DNA from: Octopus sinensis
Taxonomy: Eukaryota
Length of the DNA stretch: 64,000 nucleotides
Direction of reading: 5' to 3'
Assembly: GCF_006345805.1 (NCBI RefSeq)
Contig: NC_043004.1
Coordinates: forward strand, 53,630,001 to 53,694,000
Shown: positions 27,601-41,841 of the stretch, piece after piece
How positions within the stretch are numbered: position 1 is the first letter of the stretch
How the letters are laid out: every line of letters starts with the position of its first letter
Position numbers and translations under genes: made by a program
Notes under the pieces: generated by a model
Databases searched by the model: none
Seen by the model: only the letters and a program-made list of their open reading frames with translations
Told to the model about the DNA's origin: nothing

Positions 27601-28344
27601 CATGAAGGCTGCCATCACTGGTGCTGGAATATGGCTTTCTGGTTTCTGTTCGGTGCGTTCAGTCATCTTGCGTGAACCTGGAAATTCAACGATTAGGCAG
27701 GTTACAAAGTGATATCTGTATATATTTTGAAATTGTTATTTGTGGAATACCCATCTCAGAGATCTAACTATATCTTTCAATTTTTGCGAACGGCAAAATC
27801 ATTTTCCAGTTTTTGATTTTCAGTGACAATACCCACGACAGCACTAATGCCAAGATATAACTGGTCTCGCTTTTGCCTTGAACAAATTCGGTGGCAATAA
27901 GAGTTGAGAGTTGACTAGACCACCTCCTAGATCAATTATTTGTCGCTTGTAAGGTAAAAAGTAAATAAAACTAATCCTAGAAGGTGTGTTGGAACGAAAG
28001 ATTTTCAAACTAAATCTCCATTAAATCGCAGGACATAGAGAGGGACCCGGTTATTATAAGCAATAATATTTCTTGCAAATCATTTTGGTACAAGCCTAGC
28101 TATTCAAGGGGCTGGGGCTAAGTCGATCACATCGATCTAAGTAGTAGATTATTTTGTTTATTTAATGGAGCCTGGAAGGACAAAATGCAAAGCAGACCTC
28201 GGCAGTAATAGAGATCAATCTGTAAAGAGCCGGAAGAAAGGAAGATGAGCTTTTTATGCGACGTACAAAAATCTGAAGACGTCACCAGCTCACCGGTTGA
28301 ATAATGATAATTATAGTTTTTTCTTTTTTCTATAGGCACTAAGC

Positions 28345-28720
28345 CTGAAAGTTTGTGGGAGGGGATAGTTGATTAACTCGACCTAGTAGTCAACTGGTAC
28401 TTATCGACCCCGGAAGGATGAATGGCAAAGTCGATCTCGGCGAAGTATGAACTCGGTATTAAAGACCGATGAAATGCCGCTAAGTATTTTGTCCAATGCG
28501 CTAAAATCTGCCGTTTCTACAAGCTCACAGCTTTAATAATTGTTATTATTATGCCAGATTTTGACACAAGGTCACACAGTTTGGGGAATAGGGTTAATCG
28601 ATTACACCGACCCCAGTATTCTACTGGTACTTATTTTAACAACCCCGAAAGAGTGAAGGGGTAGTCAACATGTGCAGAACTTGAAGAAGTGCTGTTAAAA
28701 ATTTTGTCCACACCGCGTTA
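28345..28720 (-). mobile_element. Two adjacent degenerate SINE family E copies
   Basis: 'actggtacttatcgaccccggaaggatgaatggcaaagtcgatctcggcg' and 'atcgattacaccgaccccagtattctactggtacttattttaacaaccccgaaag'. Confidence 0.7.
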
Positions 28721-29209
28721 CTAATAATAATTATTATAGCGCCAACAGAAAGTTTAACACCGCCACACTGATAATTTTTGCGATATTTTGAATTATTTTG
28801 AACTTCTCCTTTTCATCTATTTAATGTTCGATACGCTTTGTGTACCAGACATTGAATCTGCTACAGTATCCTATTAGAAATATGTGATACTTTGTAAATG
28901 CAGCCACAAACACAAAGGCAATTGTTTTTGTTTATATTTACAGAATGGCTCTGACAAAGATATTAATTATAGGTGAATACATTTGAGTAATGATGACATA
29001 TTGATTCCCTAAGGAGTCTTATTACACAGTTGAAGTTTTAGCGAAAAATAATTTTATGCAATTTGTCTTAGTTTAAAAATAAAACAAGCAGAACACCAGC
29101 GCTGTGACTTGAACCCACTGTTCGCTTTTGTAACTTTTAACTGCATAATTCAACATCGCATCTCGTCATTATTCTTTTCTGTTCTGTCTCTATATTTTGA
29201 ATAAAAAAA

Positions 29210-29252
<43 letters not shown>

Positions 29253-29569
29253 TTAATTTTCCGTTCTCCAACCAGTTTATCTTTACTGATACTGAATATA
29301 AACTGCTACCATCAACTTGAACCAAGTCCTCATAAATAATATAAAATATAAAAGGAAGCAAGTGAACAAAAGAGAACTTGACTGGTGTTTTGCATAATAG
29401 TTAACATAAAGCATTTAAAAAATAAAACATAAAACTGTCCCTGTGTGTGTGTGTGCGTGTGTGTTAACTGATCTTGTTTTATGTTGTGAAAGCATTAAAT
29501 AACATTGATTTCCTTGTTAATTAAAACACTGACGTTGTTTTGGGATAATTGTTTTTTATTGTGGTTAAT

Positions 29570-29667
29570 ACAGGTTGTGAATGGGTGGTTGAGAGGATGT
29601 CTGCGATATGCTACAAGCTGTGGTAGCAGTGGTGGTGGTGGTGGTGGTGGTAGCAGTGTTGTTGTTG

Positions 29668-29699
<32 letters not shown>

Positions 29700-29707
29700 G
29701 GTAGCAG

Positions 29708-29753
<46 letters not shown>

Positions 29754-31390
29754 GGTGGTGGTGGATGTGGTGGTGCTGGTGTTGGTGGTAAAGTTCATAG
29801 AAGTGGCGATGGTCATGTAGAGAAAGGGTGGTATGGAAATGAGAGTGGCAGTATCGTTAGTGCTATTGCTGAAGAGGATGGTGCTATCTGTGGTAGTGGT
29901 AGTGGTGGTGTTGTTACTAATGCTAGTGGTGGAATTGGAACAGCTACTGGTTCCAGTGGTGATGGTGATGTTGGTGATGGTAGTGGCAATGGTGGTGCAG
30001 TGATGGTTGTAGTAATATTTATGGAGATATTGGTGATGATGATAGTGATGTTGGTACTAAAATAGGCTCTGGGGATAATGCTGGTCGGCACAGTGATGGA
30101 GGCGGCAGAGGAGGAGGGGGGTGGAGTTTGTATTGGTGGTGATTGTGATAGTGGTAGTGTTAGTGGAAGTGGCGGTGGTGTTAGTAGATTCGTTGATGGT
30201 TGTGTCAGTGGTGGTGGGGTAATTGTTGAGGTAATAGTGGTTATGGTGGTGATGGTGGTGGTGTTTGTGACATTGGTAGTGATAGTCGTAGCTGTGATGC
30301 TGATGGTAGTGTCAACGGTGGTTGGGTAATTGTGGTAAAAGCTGCGGTGGTGATGGTGGTGATGGTGGTGGTTGTGATAGTAGTAGTGATGGTGGAAGTG
30401 ACGGTAGCCTTCGCGGTGGCGGTGATTGTAGTGACGGTGGTAGGAATGGTGATGATGATGGTAGTGGTGGTGGTGGTGTGGTGGTGGTGGTGGTGTGGTG
30501 GTAGCAGTGTGTTGTTGTTGTTGTGTTGTTGTTGTTGGTGGTGGTGGTGGTGGTGGTGGTGGTGGTGGTGGATGTGGTGGTGCTGGTGTTGGTGGTAAAG
30601 TTCATAGAAGTGGCGATGGTCATGTAGAGAAAGGGTGGTATGGAAATGAGAGTGGCAGTATCGTTAGTGCTATTGCTGAAGAGGATGGTGCTATCTGTGG
30701 TAGTGGTAGTGGTGGTGTTGTTACTAATGCTAGTGGTGGAATTGGAACAGCTACTGGTTCCAGTGGTGATGGTGATGTTGGTGATGGTAGTGGCAATGGT
30801 GGTGCAGTGATGGTTGTAGTAATATTTATGGAGATATTGGTGATGATGATAGTGATGTTGGTACTAAAATAGGCTCTGGGGATAATGCTGGTCGGCACAG
30901 TGATGGAGGCGGCAGAGGAGGAGGGGGGTGGAGTTTGTATTGGTGGTGATTGTGATAGTGGTAGTGTTAGTGGAAGTGGCGGTGGTGTTAGTAGATTCGT
31001 TGATGGTTGTGTCAGTGGTGGTGGGGTAATTGTTGAGGTAATAGTGGTGATGGTGGTGATGGTGGTGGTGTTTGTGACATTGGTAGTGATAGTCGTAGCT
31101 GTGATGCTGATGGTAGTGTCAACGGTGGTTGGGTAATTGTGGTAAAAGCTGCGGTGGTGATGGTGGTGATGGTGGTGGTTGTGATAGTAGTAGTGATGGT
31201 GGAAGTGACGGTAGCCTTCGCGGTGGCGGTGATTGTAGTGACGGTGGTAGGAATGGTGATGATGATGGTAGTGGTGGTGGTGGTGGTGGTGGTAGTGGTG
31301 ATGGTTGTTGTGGTGGTGATGGAGTTGGTCATCGTAGAGATGCTAATGAGTGGGGCGGTTGATATTGTTTCATCCCACATGTTGCGATGG
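29570..31390. repeat. Degenerate (GGT/GAT/GTT)n trinucleotide field containing an 807-bp direct duplication
   Basis: Identical track ORFs offset by 807 (29813/30620, 30078/30885). Confidence 0.92.
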
Positions 31391-31773
31391 TAGTAAGGTT
31401 AAAGCGACCGTGTGGCTGTGAGAATGACAACCGGAAGTTCTGTTGCTGCCTGTGGACGCGCTAAAACGAGTACAGATACACGGGGCCACCAATAACGTCA
31501 CCACCCCAGCAACAACACCAACACCGCCTGCACCGCCGGTGCTACTAAACCGTGCTGAAGGACGTAGGTGGCAGTGGCGGTGGTGTTGGTAAAGGCCGAA
31601 GTGGCGTCAGTGGTGGAAACAGCGAGAGCAGTCAGAGCGGCGACAGGGGTGACAGCGGCGACAGCGACGAGAGCGGCGACAGCGGTCAGAGCGGCGGAGC
31701 GGCGGCAGTGGTGGTAACGGTCACAGTGGCGCACAAGCGACGGTGGTCGTGGTGGTGGTTATACTCCTGATAC

Positions 31774-31950
31774 TCGTCTGCCGTTACGTTGTGGGTTCAA
31801 ATTCCGCCGAGGTCGACTTTGCCTTTCATCCTTTCGGGGTCGATAAATTAAGTACCAGTTACGCACTGGGGTAGATGTAATCGACATAATCCCCTTGTCT
31901 GTCTTTGTTTGTCCCCTCTGTGTTTAGCCCCTTGTGAGTAGTAAAGACAT
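31774..31950 (+). mobile_element. 5'-truncated SINE family E with 15-bp TSD
   Basis: B-box 'gggttcaaattcc' plus core. TSD ttatactcctgatac at 31759-31773 and 31951-31965. Confidence 0.9.
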
Positions 31951-32154
31951 TTATACTCCTGATACCGGTTAAAGACTGAGTTTCACAGAAGTTAACAATA
32001 ATTTATGGAGTGGTTATCATTGAGTTCAAATTTTGGCGCAAGGCCAGCAATTTCGGGCGTGGTGAAGTCGATAACATCGTGGCCAGTGCTCAGCTGGTAC
32101 TTATGAGTTCATGATACTGGAGGTAATAATAGTGGTTGTTGTTGCTGGTGGTAA

Positions 32155-32219
<65 letters not shown>

Positions 32220-32983
32220 TCAGCAACAGCATGTCAATTTAGCTACCGATGTTGGTCGTATAATTCATAGGACAGTGACTGTGGTTATGTTCCTGCAAGA
32301 CTATGCTATTTTAGTGGTTATGGTGGCCTTAGCAAGATCGCATTATTGAGGGTTCGCACGATAGTAGAGATTGTGTTCTGGTTGTCTCAAATGAGGTTAA
32401 CTTTTATTGAGTAAGCATAGCTATAACATGGCAGTGACTTTCCAGTTTTCATAAAGATATATTTTGTTTACATTTACATTAATATAATGTCCTTGCTTTG
32501 CTTTTTGTGGCTGTTTTTTTTTTATTTTAAGATGCAGGCGCAGGCGTGGCTATGTTGTATAAACGCTTGCTTTCCAACCACTGCGTCACATCTTCGGCAC
32601 TATAGCCTAGTTCTGGGATTTTTTCAGTTTGGTTGCCAAATTTCGAAAATTCAGAGTTTATTAAAAATATTAACATTTCATACATTAATGTTGTTTTCCA
32701 AGCTGAATCTCATGAGATATTTCACTCTTTCTAGTTTTTTTTTAATTTATTTATTTTCTTAATAGTTTCATAATTTTCACCCAGTCAGGAAACAGGATTT
32801 CGAAGTTGTCATTTTGTGCGTGACAAGAGTTGTCAGCTGCAAACAAATTAAATTCTGCTCCACGCACGACATATAACCCCTCATATTCTATTTTTTGGGA
32901 ATTTTCAGAAAATTTTTGCTAATTTGTATTCTACACACGGGAATTCATGCGATTATCGAAAATAAAACATTATCGAAAATAAA

Positions 32984-33325
32984 ACCTTGGGCAAGTGTCT
33001 TCTACTCTAGCCTCGGGCCGACCAAAGCCTTGTGAGTGGATTTGGTAGACGGAGACTGAAAGAAGCCTGTCGTATATATGTATATATATATATATATGCG
33101 TGTGTGTGTTTGTGTGTCTGTGTTTGTCCCCCTAGCATTGCTTGACAACCGATGCTGGTGTGTTTATGTCCCCGTTACTTAGAGGTTCGGCAAAAGAGAC
33201 CGATAGGATAAGTACTGAGCTTACAAAAGAGTAAGTCTCGGGGTCGAGTTGCTCGATTAAAGGCGGTGCTCCAGCATGGCCGCAGTCAAATGACTGAAAC
33301 AAGTAAAAGAGTAAAGAGTAAGAGT
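32984..33325 (+). mobile_element. SINE family A, 5'-truncated; a separate decayed head lies at about 32538-32610
   Basis: Collinear with 48760-49117; (agtaaag)-type tail. Confidence 0.85.
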
Positions 33326-33699
33326 ATAAGTTTTTGATGCGTCATTTAAGGCCTATTTGGCTGTTGTTTTTAGCAGATCTGATGAGCATCTCAATGAGTG
33401 AAATATATTTGTCAACATGTGCTTTTTCGCACACAAAAGAGTTTTCTCGCTTGGCTTGTTACTATGGAAAGAGATATGAATGTGTTTGTGGCTTACGACT
33501 GGCCAAAATTACGAATACTTTGCAAACTTTAAAAGCTAACAACTCTTTATTCATTGATTTATTGTGAAAATGAATTTCAAATCAGTGATCAGCATATAAA
33601 ACTATACCATTACCCCAAATATGAAATCAATTCGAGCAGGAATTAAAGAGATTGAAAATTGACAGCCAAACAGGAAAGATCCTTGTCCTGACCAAAGCC

Positions 33700-33742
33700 A
33701 TGTGAATGGATATGGTAGACTGAAACCTAAGGGAGCCCGTTG

Positions 33743-33777
<35 letters not shown>

Positions 33778-33819
33778 ATGTATATACACATATACATACA
33801 TACATACACACACACACAC

Positions 33820-33868
<49 letters not shown>

Positions 33869-34090
33869 GCGTATATGTGTTATGTATGTCTTGGTCCCAC
33901 CACCACCACCGACTGAAAACTGGCATTGGTGTGTTTATGTCCCCATAACTTTAGATCTTCGACAAAAGATAGTGAAAGAATAAGTCCCGGGCTTAAAATA
34001 AAAAAAACAATAAATAATGTGTTCGATCGATGCGACAAAAAATTCTTCAACGCGAAGACCCAGCATGGCCCCAGTCTAATGACTGAAATA
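33700..34090 (+). mobile_element. SINE family A, degenerate
   Basis: 'atggtagactgaaacctaagggagcccgttg'...'ggtgtgtttatgtccccataacttag'...'ccagcatggccccagtctaatgactgaaa'. Confidence 0.65.
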
Positions 34091-34479
34091 TGCACAAGAC
34101 ACACAAAAAATAGCACGATGGGAATTGGAGTGATTTAGCTGTTATTTCTAGTCGATAGTGCGATGTCATAACGTCTCCTTCGATAGCTGTATTGTTGATG
34201 ACATGTTTGTACTCCCAGATACTGGTGATAGTATTGCTAACGATGTTGGAGGATTGCTAAAGATGGTAGTGATGGTGAGTAAACATATTTTATTTGAGGA
34301 AGGACCAGCATATGAAAATTCATTTACACAGTTTCCATGTGACACCCACTTTTTTTTTCACTGTAAATCAATACAACTTATTCATTATCCCCGCCTCTGC
34401 CCTGCTGGGATCATTTAGTTTTCTGTTGACTGGATGTCGGATGCCTTTCATGATGCATAACAACGTTAACAAAAATAAC

Positions 34480-34660
34480 ATTATTAATGACGAAAATATC
34501 AGTAACAACAAAAACAGCGGTAATGATGATGACGACGATGACAATGATCACGACGATTACGATGATGATGATGACGGCGACAGCAATGACGATGATGTTG
34601 GTAGTGATGGTGCTGGTGGTGATGATGATGATGATGATGATGATGATGACGATGATGATG
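34480..34660. repeat. Degenerate (GAT/GAC)n trinucleotide tract
   Basis: Directly visible; explains the poly-D and poly-M track ORFs. Confidence 0.9.
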
Positions 34661-35045
34661 AAATTACTAAAGCATTAGCTAAACAAATATTTGGGTTCTG
34701 TTTTAGCGTCTCCAGGGAAACGAAAGCATATAAAACAAGCGCCGAGGTAACAGACACGTGTGGGAGACTTGAGAATCAACAGCAAATATTGAAGAAGAAA
34801 AAAAATATATTCAATAACAAAGAAACGGGATTACAAAATTTCTTGCGAAGACTATAGCGTTTAATGTCCTTATATAGTCAAATATCTGCAATAAAGAATT
34901 ACTGGAGTGAATAAAGACTTAGAGACAATTAGCAGAGAAGTTCAAGACTATGGAAGATGTGTTGAACTCATTGCCGGAACCGAAGTGTCTTTCACGTTGC
35001 GAAAGGCTAAACACTTCCTGCCACAAAAATAAGCTAAGCGTGTAC

Positions 35046-35076
<31 letters not shown>

Positions 35077-35159
35077 CACACACACACACACACAACACAC
35101 ACACACACACATATATATATGGTTTAAATATAGAGAATGCAAAAGACAGACTGAGGGAA

Positions 35160-35290
35160 TAAAAAGTAGGTGTATTAGTTAGACGCTCATGAAAAGTGGA
35201 AAAGGCTTTGGCGTTTCAAGCTTATGCCCTTCAATAAAAAGGGATGAGAAGAAAAAAAGGAGAGAGAGATACAAAATGGACAGAGGGATT
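35160..35290 (-). repeat. Decayed copy of a short repeat carrying a hammerhead-like motif
   Basis: 'gtgtattagttagacgctcatgaaaagtggaaaaggctttggcgtttcaagcttatgcccttcaataaaaagg' aligns to 37940-38010 and 43927-43998. Confidence 0.6.
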
Positions 35291-36393
35291 AATGGTTCCA
35301 CTCAGCTTGTAAAACAACCATTAAACAATATTGATTTTAATTACGTCTCTCTCTCCTGTCAAAGCTGTTTCTCTTCGTTTCTAGGTTGCCATTTCTTGCT
35401 TTTTTCTCCTCCAGTCACAAATTTCTGTGTTATTTTTCAGCTTACCAAGTGAGCTAAAGTATCGATCTCACTCTTTACTAGTTGCTTAAGATCATTGTTA
35501 AGGGATCGAACCTGATGTACTTTTTTTCTTTTCATCTCTTTTTGCAATATTTTGATACCACCAGAACAGAGCAAAAATTTCGATATCCTGGGTTTAATCT
35601 TTAAGTCAAAAACCTATTTTGATGACGAACTATAGTTTTCTTCTACAACCATTCATTTTCATTATTATTGATTAATGTTTCACGTTACCAACGAATATCT
35701 CGTATTAATTTTATCGTACGCAAACACATTATCTGTCCTACGTGAATATCTTATAATTACTTCACCAACGCCCTTCTTCTCTCTGCATCCCTGTGGCTAA
35801 ATCACCGTTATACGTTTGAATATCCTATTTCGTGTCTCTTTCTATGCTATAGAATGTCTGACAACTGCATTCAATATCGTTTCGTAAACACTGATATAGT
35901 AGGATTTTTCATGGTGGTGAATTTGTCGGGCTCATATTTCCGTTCATTCTGCCATTACTGCTGTCCCGTTTCATTCTGCACCTTACTATCCCTTGCTTCG
36001 CTGTCGTCGTTTGTACCCATTACTTACACTATTGTACTTTACTGTACCCCTCAAATACTATTTAACCAACCATTTAGAACATTGTAGCCTTCAAACCGGT
36101 AACATGAATAACTGTATTCATGCGAAATTAAGGCACATACGCACACACACACACCAATACATACACAGAGGCGCACACAAACACGCATACACCCTCCCCC
36201 CACACACACACACGCACGTACATACATACGCACACACGTGTGCGTGTGTGGTATGGTAGGTGTCTATGAGTAGTTCATTACGAAATTTAATTGCCAGTTG
36301 AAATTTCTCGGAATATAGTTTCGAATGATAATAAAAAAATTCAATTCATTATCGGTATATACAAACACTAAGGCTCACTTGTCCGCATATATA

Positions 36394-37226
36394 CAGGTTA
36401 CAGTAGATATATTTTCATCTAAATTATGCAAAAATGAAAATAGCACTGACGTTTTTCGTTTTAACAGCTATATCTACCAAAATGACATAAAAAATAATAC
36501 TAAAGATTAAATCTATTCAATAAAATCGCCATTGACTTCAACCACGACGATTCAGGATCTCCTGCAACTCTTTTGGATGGTCTCCTTGTTTAAGTTGGTG
36601 AATGCTGCCATAATCCTTACCTTCAGTTCATCTTTGGTGCTACAAGGAGTTTTGTTGGTCTTTCGCTCAACTGAGCCCCACACATAATAATCAAGGGAGT
36701 TGCAATCTGGGTAGTTAGGTAGCCAGATGTAAGGGGTGATGTGGTCACAGAAATTGTCTGATTGCCATGACTGGGTTCTCCTGCTTGTGTGGAATGTTGC
36801 AGAGTGCCAGAGATAGGGTCTTATCCAGCCACTTGAATTAGGTATCGGTGTTGAGTCTGAGGCCGTGTGGTGGGATGAATGGAGGCATAACCTCGCCATC
36901 ACTAAAGATCACTCCAGCCATCATGATGTTGACTGGATGTTTGATTTTTATCACTCTCGGTACATGTCCTCAGATTGCCCTGTTCTCAGATTGACACCCA
37001 AACACCCTGAGATGTTCGTATTGGAGCTTTCGGCGCGAATGCCAAGCAGCGCAGCATACCGTTTCCAAATTTCTGGCAGAGTAAATTGCGTCATGATGCT
37101 GTTTTTGTCACAGAGGATGTCCAACTGACTCTGCTATACAGTGTTGTCGACAAAATCAAAACCAAACAATGCGCATGCACGAGATTAAAAAATATAAAAT
37201 ATAAACAATTTATCCATTGCAACCTG
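36394..37226 (-). mobile_element. Internally deleted Tc1/mariner-superfamily element (maT/DD37D-like)
   Basis: TA|caggttacagtagatat ... ttatccattgcaacctg|TA imperfect TIRs; KHPVNIMMAGVIFSDGEVMPP, WLPNYPDCNSLDYYVWGSVE, and a C-terminal DFIE*. Confidence 0.85.
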
Positions 37227-37823
37227 TACATGCAGAATTAGGCTCAGTCAGACGCACACAATTATATCCCTCCAAACAGATATATAGGAAAGGTTTTAAT
37301 TATCCTTTTTTATATATAAATAATTCTCCTATTTCAACGATAGACGTAAAGGAAAGGGGCACAATCTCAACTCTTATGGGCATAAATATTCATGGGATTT
37401 TTTTCAGTAATACCACTCATATATAAACCAAAGTAACTCAACTCTGGGCAGGAAATTTCTCAAAATTTTCTGCCATCCTTGACATAAATCATGATCATGA
37501 AATTATATATTAGAATCGCTGTCATTTGTGCCAGTGTAGTTGCACCGGTGATTTAATAAAATAACATAGGGGAAAATATCAGCAAATGAATAAAGAGGTT
37601 TTTACTTGTATAACTTCAATATAACATTAAAACAAGTTATACAAAACTTTCACCAATATATATTTCCTTTGTATGCAATTCTTGAACTTAATTTCAGTAA
37701 GAATTTAATTATTCCTACTCAACGAGTCTACATCGAATGTATTGAATGTAATGTTATGTCTATGCTTTTATTTAATATGCTTCATATTTCTTTTTTAAAT
37801 ATCTTTCTCAAAACAGTGTATAT

Positions 37824-37877
<54 letters not shown>

Positions 37878-37904
37878 GCATACAGTTGCAGTGTATAGAA
37901 GAAC

Positions 37905-38065
37905 AAAAGACGTAGACAGGCGTATGAACAACAAGAAGGTGTATTAGTTTGACATTCAGGAAAGTGAAAAAGTCTTTTACGTTTCGAGCCTACGTTCTTC
38001 AACAGAAAGAAATAAGAGAAAATAAAAGGAGAGAGAATAAGAAAAACTTGTGATTTAGCGATCAA
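37905..38065 (-). repeat. Short interspersed repeat with a type I hammerhead-like motif (possible Penelope-like pseudo-LTR)
   Basis: Minus strand 37973-38010 reads tctttCTGTTGAagaacgtaggctcGAAACGTAaaaga. Homologues at about 43961 and 35205. Confidence 0.55.
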
Positions 38066-38112
38066 GTATATAATATATAATATTTCTGTCTATCTATCTA
38101 TCCATCTATCAA

Positions 38113-38159
<47 letters not shown>

Positions 38160-38280
38160 CATATACATATATAATAATAATATTTGTATATATATATATT
38201 ATATATATATATATACATAATATACATATATATACATTATATGTATATCTATATATATATACATATATATATATATCATA

Positions 38281-38418
<138 letters not shown>

Positions 38419-38674
38419 CATATATACATACATACGTGTATATATAAAAAAAAACAGAAAGTGGAACAATCACCTAACAGTGATAACAAAACATCCGGAC
38501 AGTCGTTTCAAAGAAGGACACGAAAAAACAAGGACGGGCCATTCGAAGCTTTCTATCGTCAGTGGAGTTCTAGATCTTTCCTGTAGTTTTGGACAGTTAC
38601 ACTCAAAATCTAAGCTAAGTGCACTAGATTCTTTGGAAGAATATATATATATATATATATATATGTATACATAC

Positions 38675-38719
<45 letters not shown>

Positions 38720-39314
38720 TGGTTTGGAGCAATCATTGTTCTCGGCCTGCAAACAATTCTGCCAGCCCACCGCCTTATAACGATACAAATATCACAACGA
38801 CCGAGAATCGTTCTCTGCGAATAACTCCTCACAGTCAACCTTCGTCTTATGCTCACCCATGTATCTGTATATATAAAAGGCAGGATGTGTGTGTGTGTGG
38901 TGTGTGTGTGTGTGTGTGTGTGTGTACGTGAATGTAATTGATGCAGGTCCACAAATTAGCACGCATGTCGCTCCAATTTTAGGATGACATTCGTTATGAC
39001 CCTAGCTGTATTTTTGTCAACTTATTTTTCCCAAAGGCACCAGCGAATAGCAGTAAAAATACATTTTCAACCAAAACTTTTAACAGTTTTCAAATTGGAG
39101 AAATCACCATTGTTTGCAAACAGGAGTTAAGTCCCCTTCTAGCGACGAGTAAGTTTTTGTTAAGACTTTTGTTGTTCTTTTTTTTCCATCGAGGGAAAAA
39201 AGCGTTTTGTTGATATACGAGCATCACAAACACACAGGAATATGTATGCGTACAAAAAACATGTATGCAATAGGTATACGTGCGTATATGTCTGTATGTG
39301 TGTGTTTGTATGTA

Positions 39315-39828
39315 TCTCTCTATATATAAACGGCAGTTTGTCTGTCTGTGTGTCTGTCAGGTTGTACCCCCACCCTGACCATGGCTTTAAACCGATTCTG
39401 ATGAAACTTGACACACATATAGCCCAATGTCATAATTCAAAACTAACGCAGCGAAAACTTTGAAAAGTTCCCCCAGTTCTGAAAGAAATCGATAAATTCG
39501 ACATGGGGTCGAGAATCTGAGCCTTTTATTTGCAACACATTTTCTGTTGTAGTTTTCGCAACTTGCAATCGATTTTCACCAAACTCATGGTGAAGCTTAA
39601 TGTTACCCTAAGAAACTTAATTCTGACGTTAGTTTTCCATGCAATACCTTACCATCAGAAAAAATCGATAAAATCATACCATTTTGGGAAATCGCGTTCA
39701 AATTCAAGATGACATATTTTCGACAATATCTTTCACAAATTGGCAGGAATTTTTTTAAAATTCACGGCGAGCATCATGTCTGCTCCAGGGGCTCTTACAT
39801 ACCCGGGCAATGCCGGGCTATGCTGCTA

Positions 39829-39829
<1 letters not shown>
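39315..39829 (+). mobile_element. Non-autonomous Helitron, internally deleted relative to 23900-24950
   Basis: A|TC start; ends cccgggcaatgccgggctatgctgctag|t. Confidence 0.85.
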
Positions 39830-39849
<20 letters not shown>

Positions 39850-39867
<18 letters not shown>

Positions 39868-39988
39868 AATTTCAACAGATTTCGCCCAAAATTTGACGTC
39901 GATGTTACTTAGTTTGCTTTGAAATAAAGAACTTGTTTAGCTTAATATTCATAACTTAATCTCGGGCAAAGCCGGGTTATACTGCTAG
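39850..39988 (+). mobile_element. Short Helitron 3' fragment in tandem with the previous copy
   Basis: Ends ctcgggcaaagccgggttatactgctag|t. Confidence 0.7.
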
Positions 39989-41051
39989 TATTCGAATATA
40001 TCATAATCTAGGCGGTTATTTCATTCACACGAAATGGGTGAAAGAAAAAATTAACTTTGCTGGATTCGAAAGCAGAACCTAAAAGTACGTGAACGATTTT
40101 CACAAATCATTAAGTCCAGTGTTCCACCAATAACTCCATTCATTTGTTTTTTCTTTCTATAATGATAAAACTGATCTCTGACAAAACGACAATGTCAAAC
40201 AATTTGTACATTAATTATCATAGCAATTGTTTGTCTTACAATGGCTGGAGACTCGTCGCCATAGTCATCGCGCTGCCGTTGGCTGTCGCTTTGTTGTTGT
40301 TGTTGCTGTTGCTACAACCGATGCTTGTTTACTTGTTATGTAGTTATGTTATATATTTTTTATTGAAGCTACTCTTGCTCTGCCACATAGTTATTACTAT
40401 TGATATTTTTTTTGATGTTTGTTATATTATTATTGTTAATGTTGTTATTGTTGTAGATGCTCCATCCCTCATTAGTAATCGACCTGTAAGCTCTCTAATT
40501 AAAGCCTGTATTTACACCCTCACTCCCCGCTACTTTAAAAAAGAAAAAAACAATATTTTCATCCCAATTTCAGCCAATCACAGCATCCGTTTATTTCAAT
40601 TAGGAAATGTAAATTGTATTTTTTTACAAAAAGAGAGAAAAAATATATGGCCATGACAACAACACCAACAATGTTTATAAAAACAACAGGAGTAGCAGCA
40701 CAGCAGCAGTCGCAGGACGTCAAGGGCACCAAAACAATAATAATGAAAAGCACATAATGCATAACTAATTTGGTGTCCTTTTTCTAGATTAGACATAAGG
40801 GTTAGAAATATACAATAAATTATGAAGTACGTGAAGCAGGGGTCTTATAAATAAGTGGAGGGCATGTAATGCAAGTTAAACAAAATGAAGGCGGCTTGAA
40901 AGACATCATACAATTTACACTAAGAACGACATTTTGCTTCTTTTAATTTTAAAACAATAATTGTATATAATAAATGAGTACAATAAATAACGTACTCTAA
41001 TTTCAACAACCTGTTCTAAATATGTATTTATGTAAGTATGTAGGTGTGTAT

Positions 41052-41289
41052 ACTCTTTTACTCTTTTACTTGTTTCAGTCATTTTGACTGCGGCCATGCT
41101 GGAGCACCGCCTTCAGTCGAGCCAATCGACCCCGGGACTTATTCTTTGTAAGTCCAGTGCTTATTCTATCGGTCGCTTTTGCCGAACCGCTAAGTGACGG
41201 GGACGTAAACACACCAGCATCGGTTGTCAAGCAATGCTAGGGGGACAAACACAGACCACAAACACAACACCACCACCACACACCCACAC

Positions 41290-41339
<50 letters not shown>

Positions 41340-41504
41340 TACGACAGGCTTCTTTCAGTTTCCGTCTACGAAATCCACTCACAAGGCATTGGTCGGCCCG
41401 GGGCTATAGCAGAAGACACTTGCCCAAGATGCCACGCAGTGGAAATGAACCCGGAACCATGTGGTTGGTTAGCAAGCTACTTACCACACAGCCACTCCTG
41501 CGCC
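41052..41504 (-). mobile_element. Full-length SINE family A
   Basis: Reverse complement of 48678-49117: head ggcgcaggagtggctgtgtggtaag, internal TA/CA repeat, (agtaaa)n tail. Confidence 0.9.
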
Positions 41505-41741
41505 TATATGATATATATATGATAAGTATATGGATATGCATGATTCATTAGAGTTGACCTCTATTGCCGTGGGGTATACATTATTTAATGTTTCACGCGA
41601 CAAGGCTGCTTTCAGATGGTGAGCAAACACAGAATTCTTTGAAAAATGATGATATAATTTCTGTAACGTTGGTATTCTGACAGAGCAAAATCGATATTGG
41701 TTTGTTCGGAAAGTTCGTGCCGATTTATAGTAGCTTACTTT

Positions 41742-41841
41742 NNNNNNNNNNNNNNNNNNNNNNNNNNNNNNNNNNNNNNNNNNNNNNNNNNNNNNNNNNN
41801 NNNNNNNNNNNNNNNNNNNNNNNNNNNNNNNNNNNNNNNNN
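41742..41841. other. Assembly gap (100 N)
   Basis: Run of n. Confidence 1.

Noticed and set aside
29505-31393. Mucin-like (T/P/S) or glycine-rich protein exons
   Set aside because: They derive from degenerate trinucleotide repeats, are open in several frames on both strands, and contain frequent stops and frame changes.
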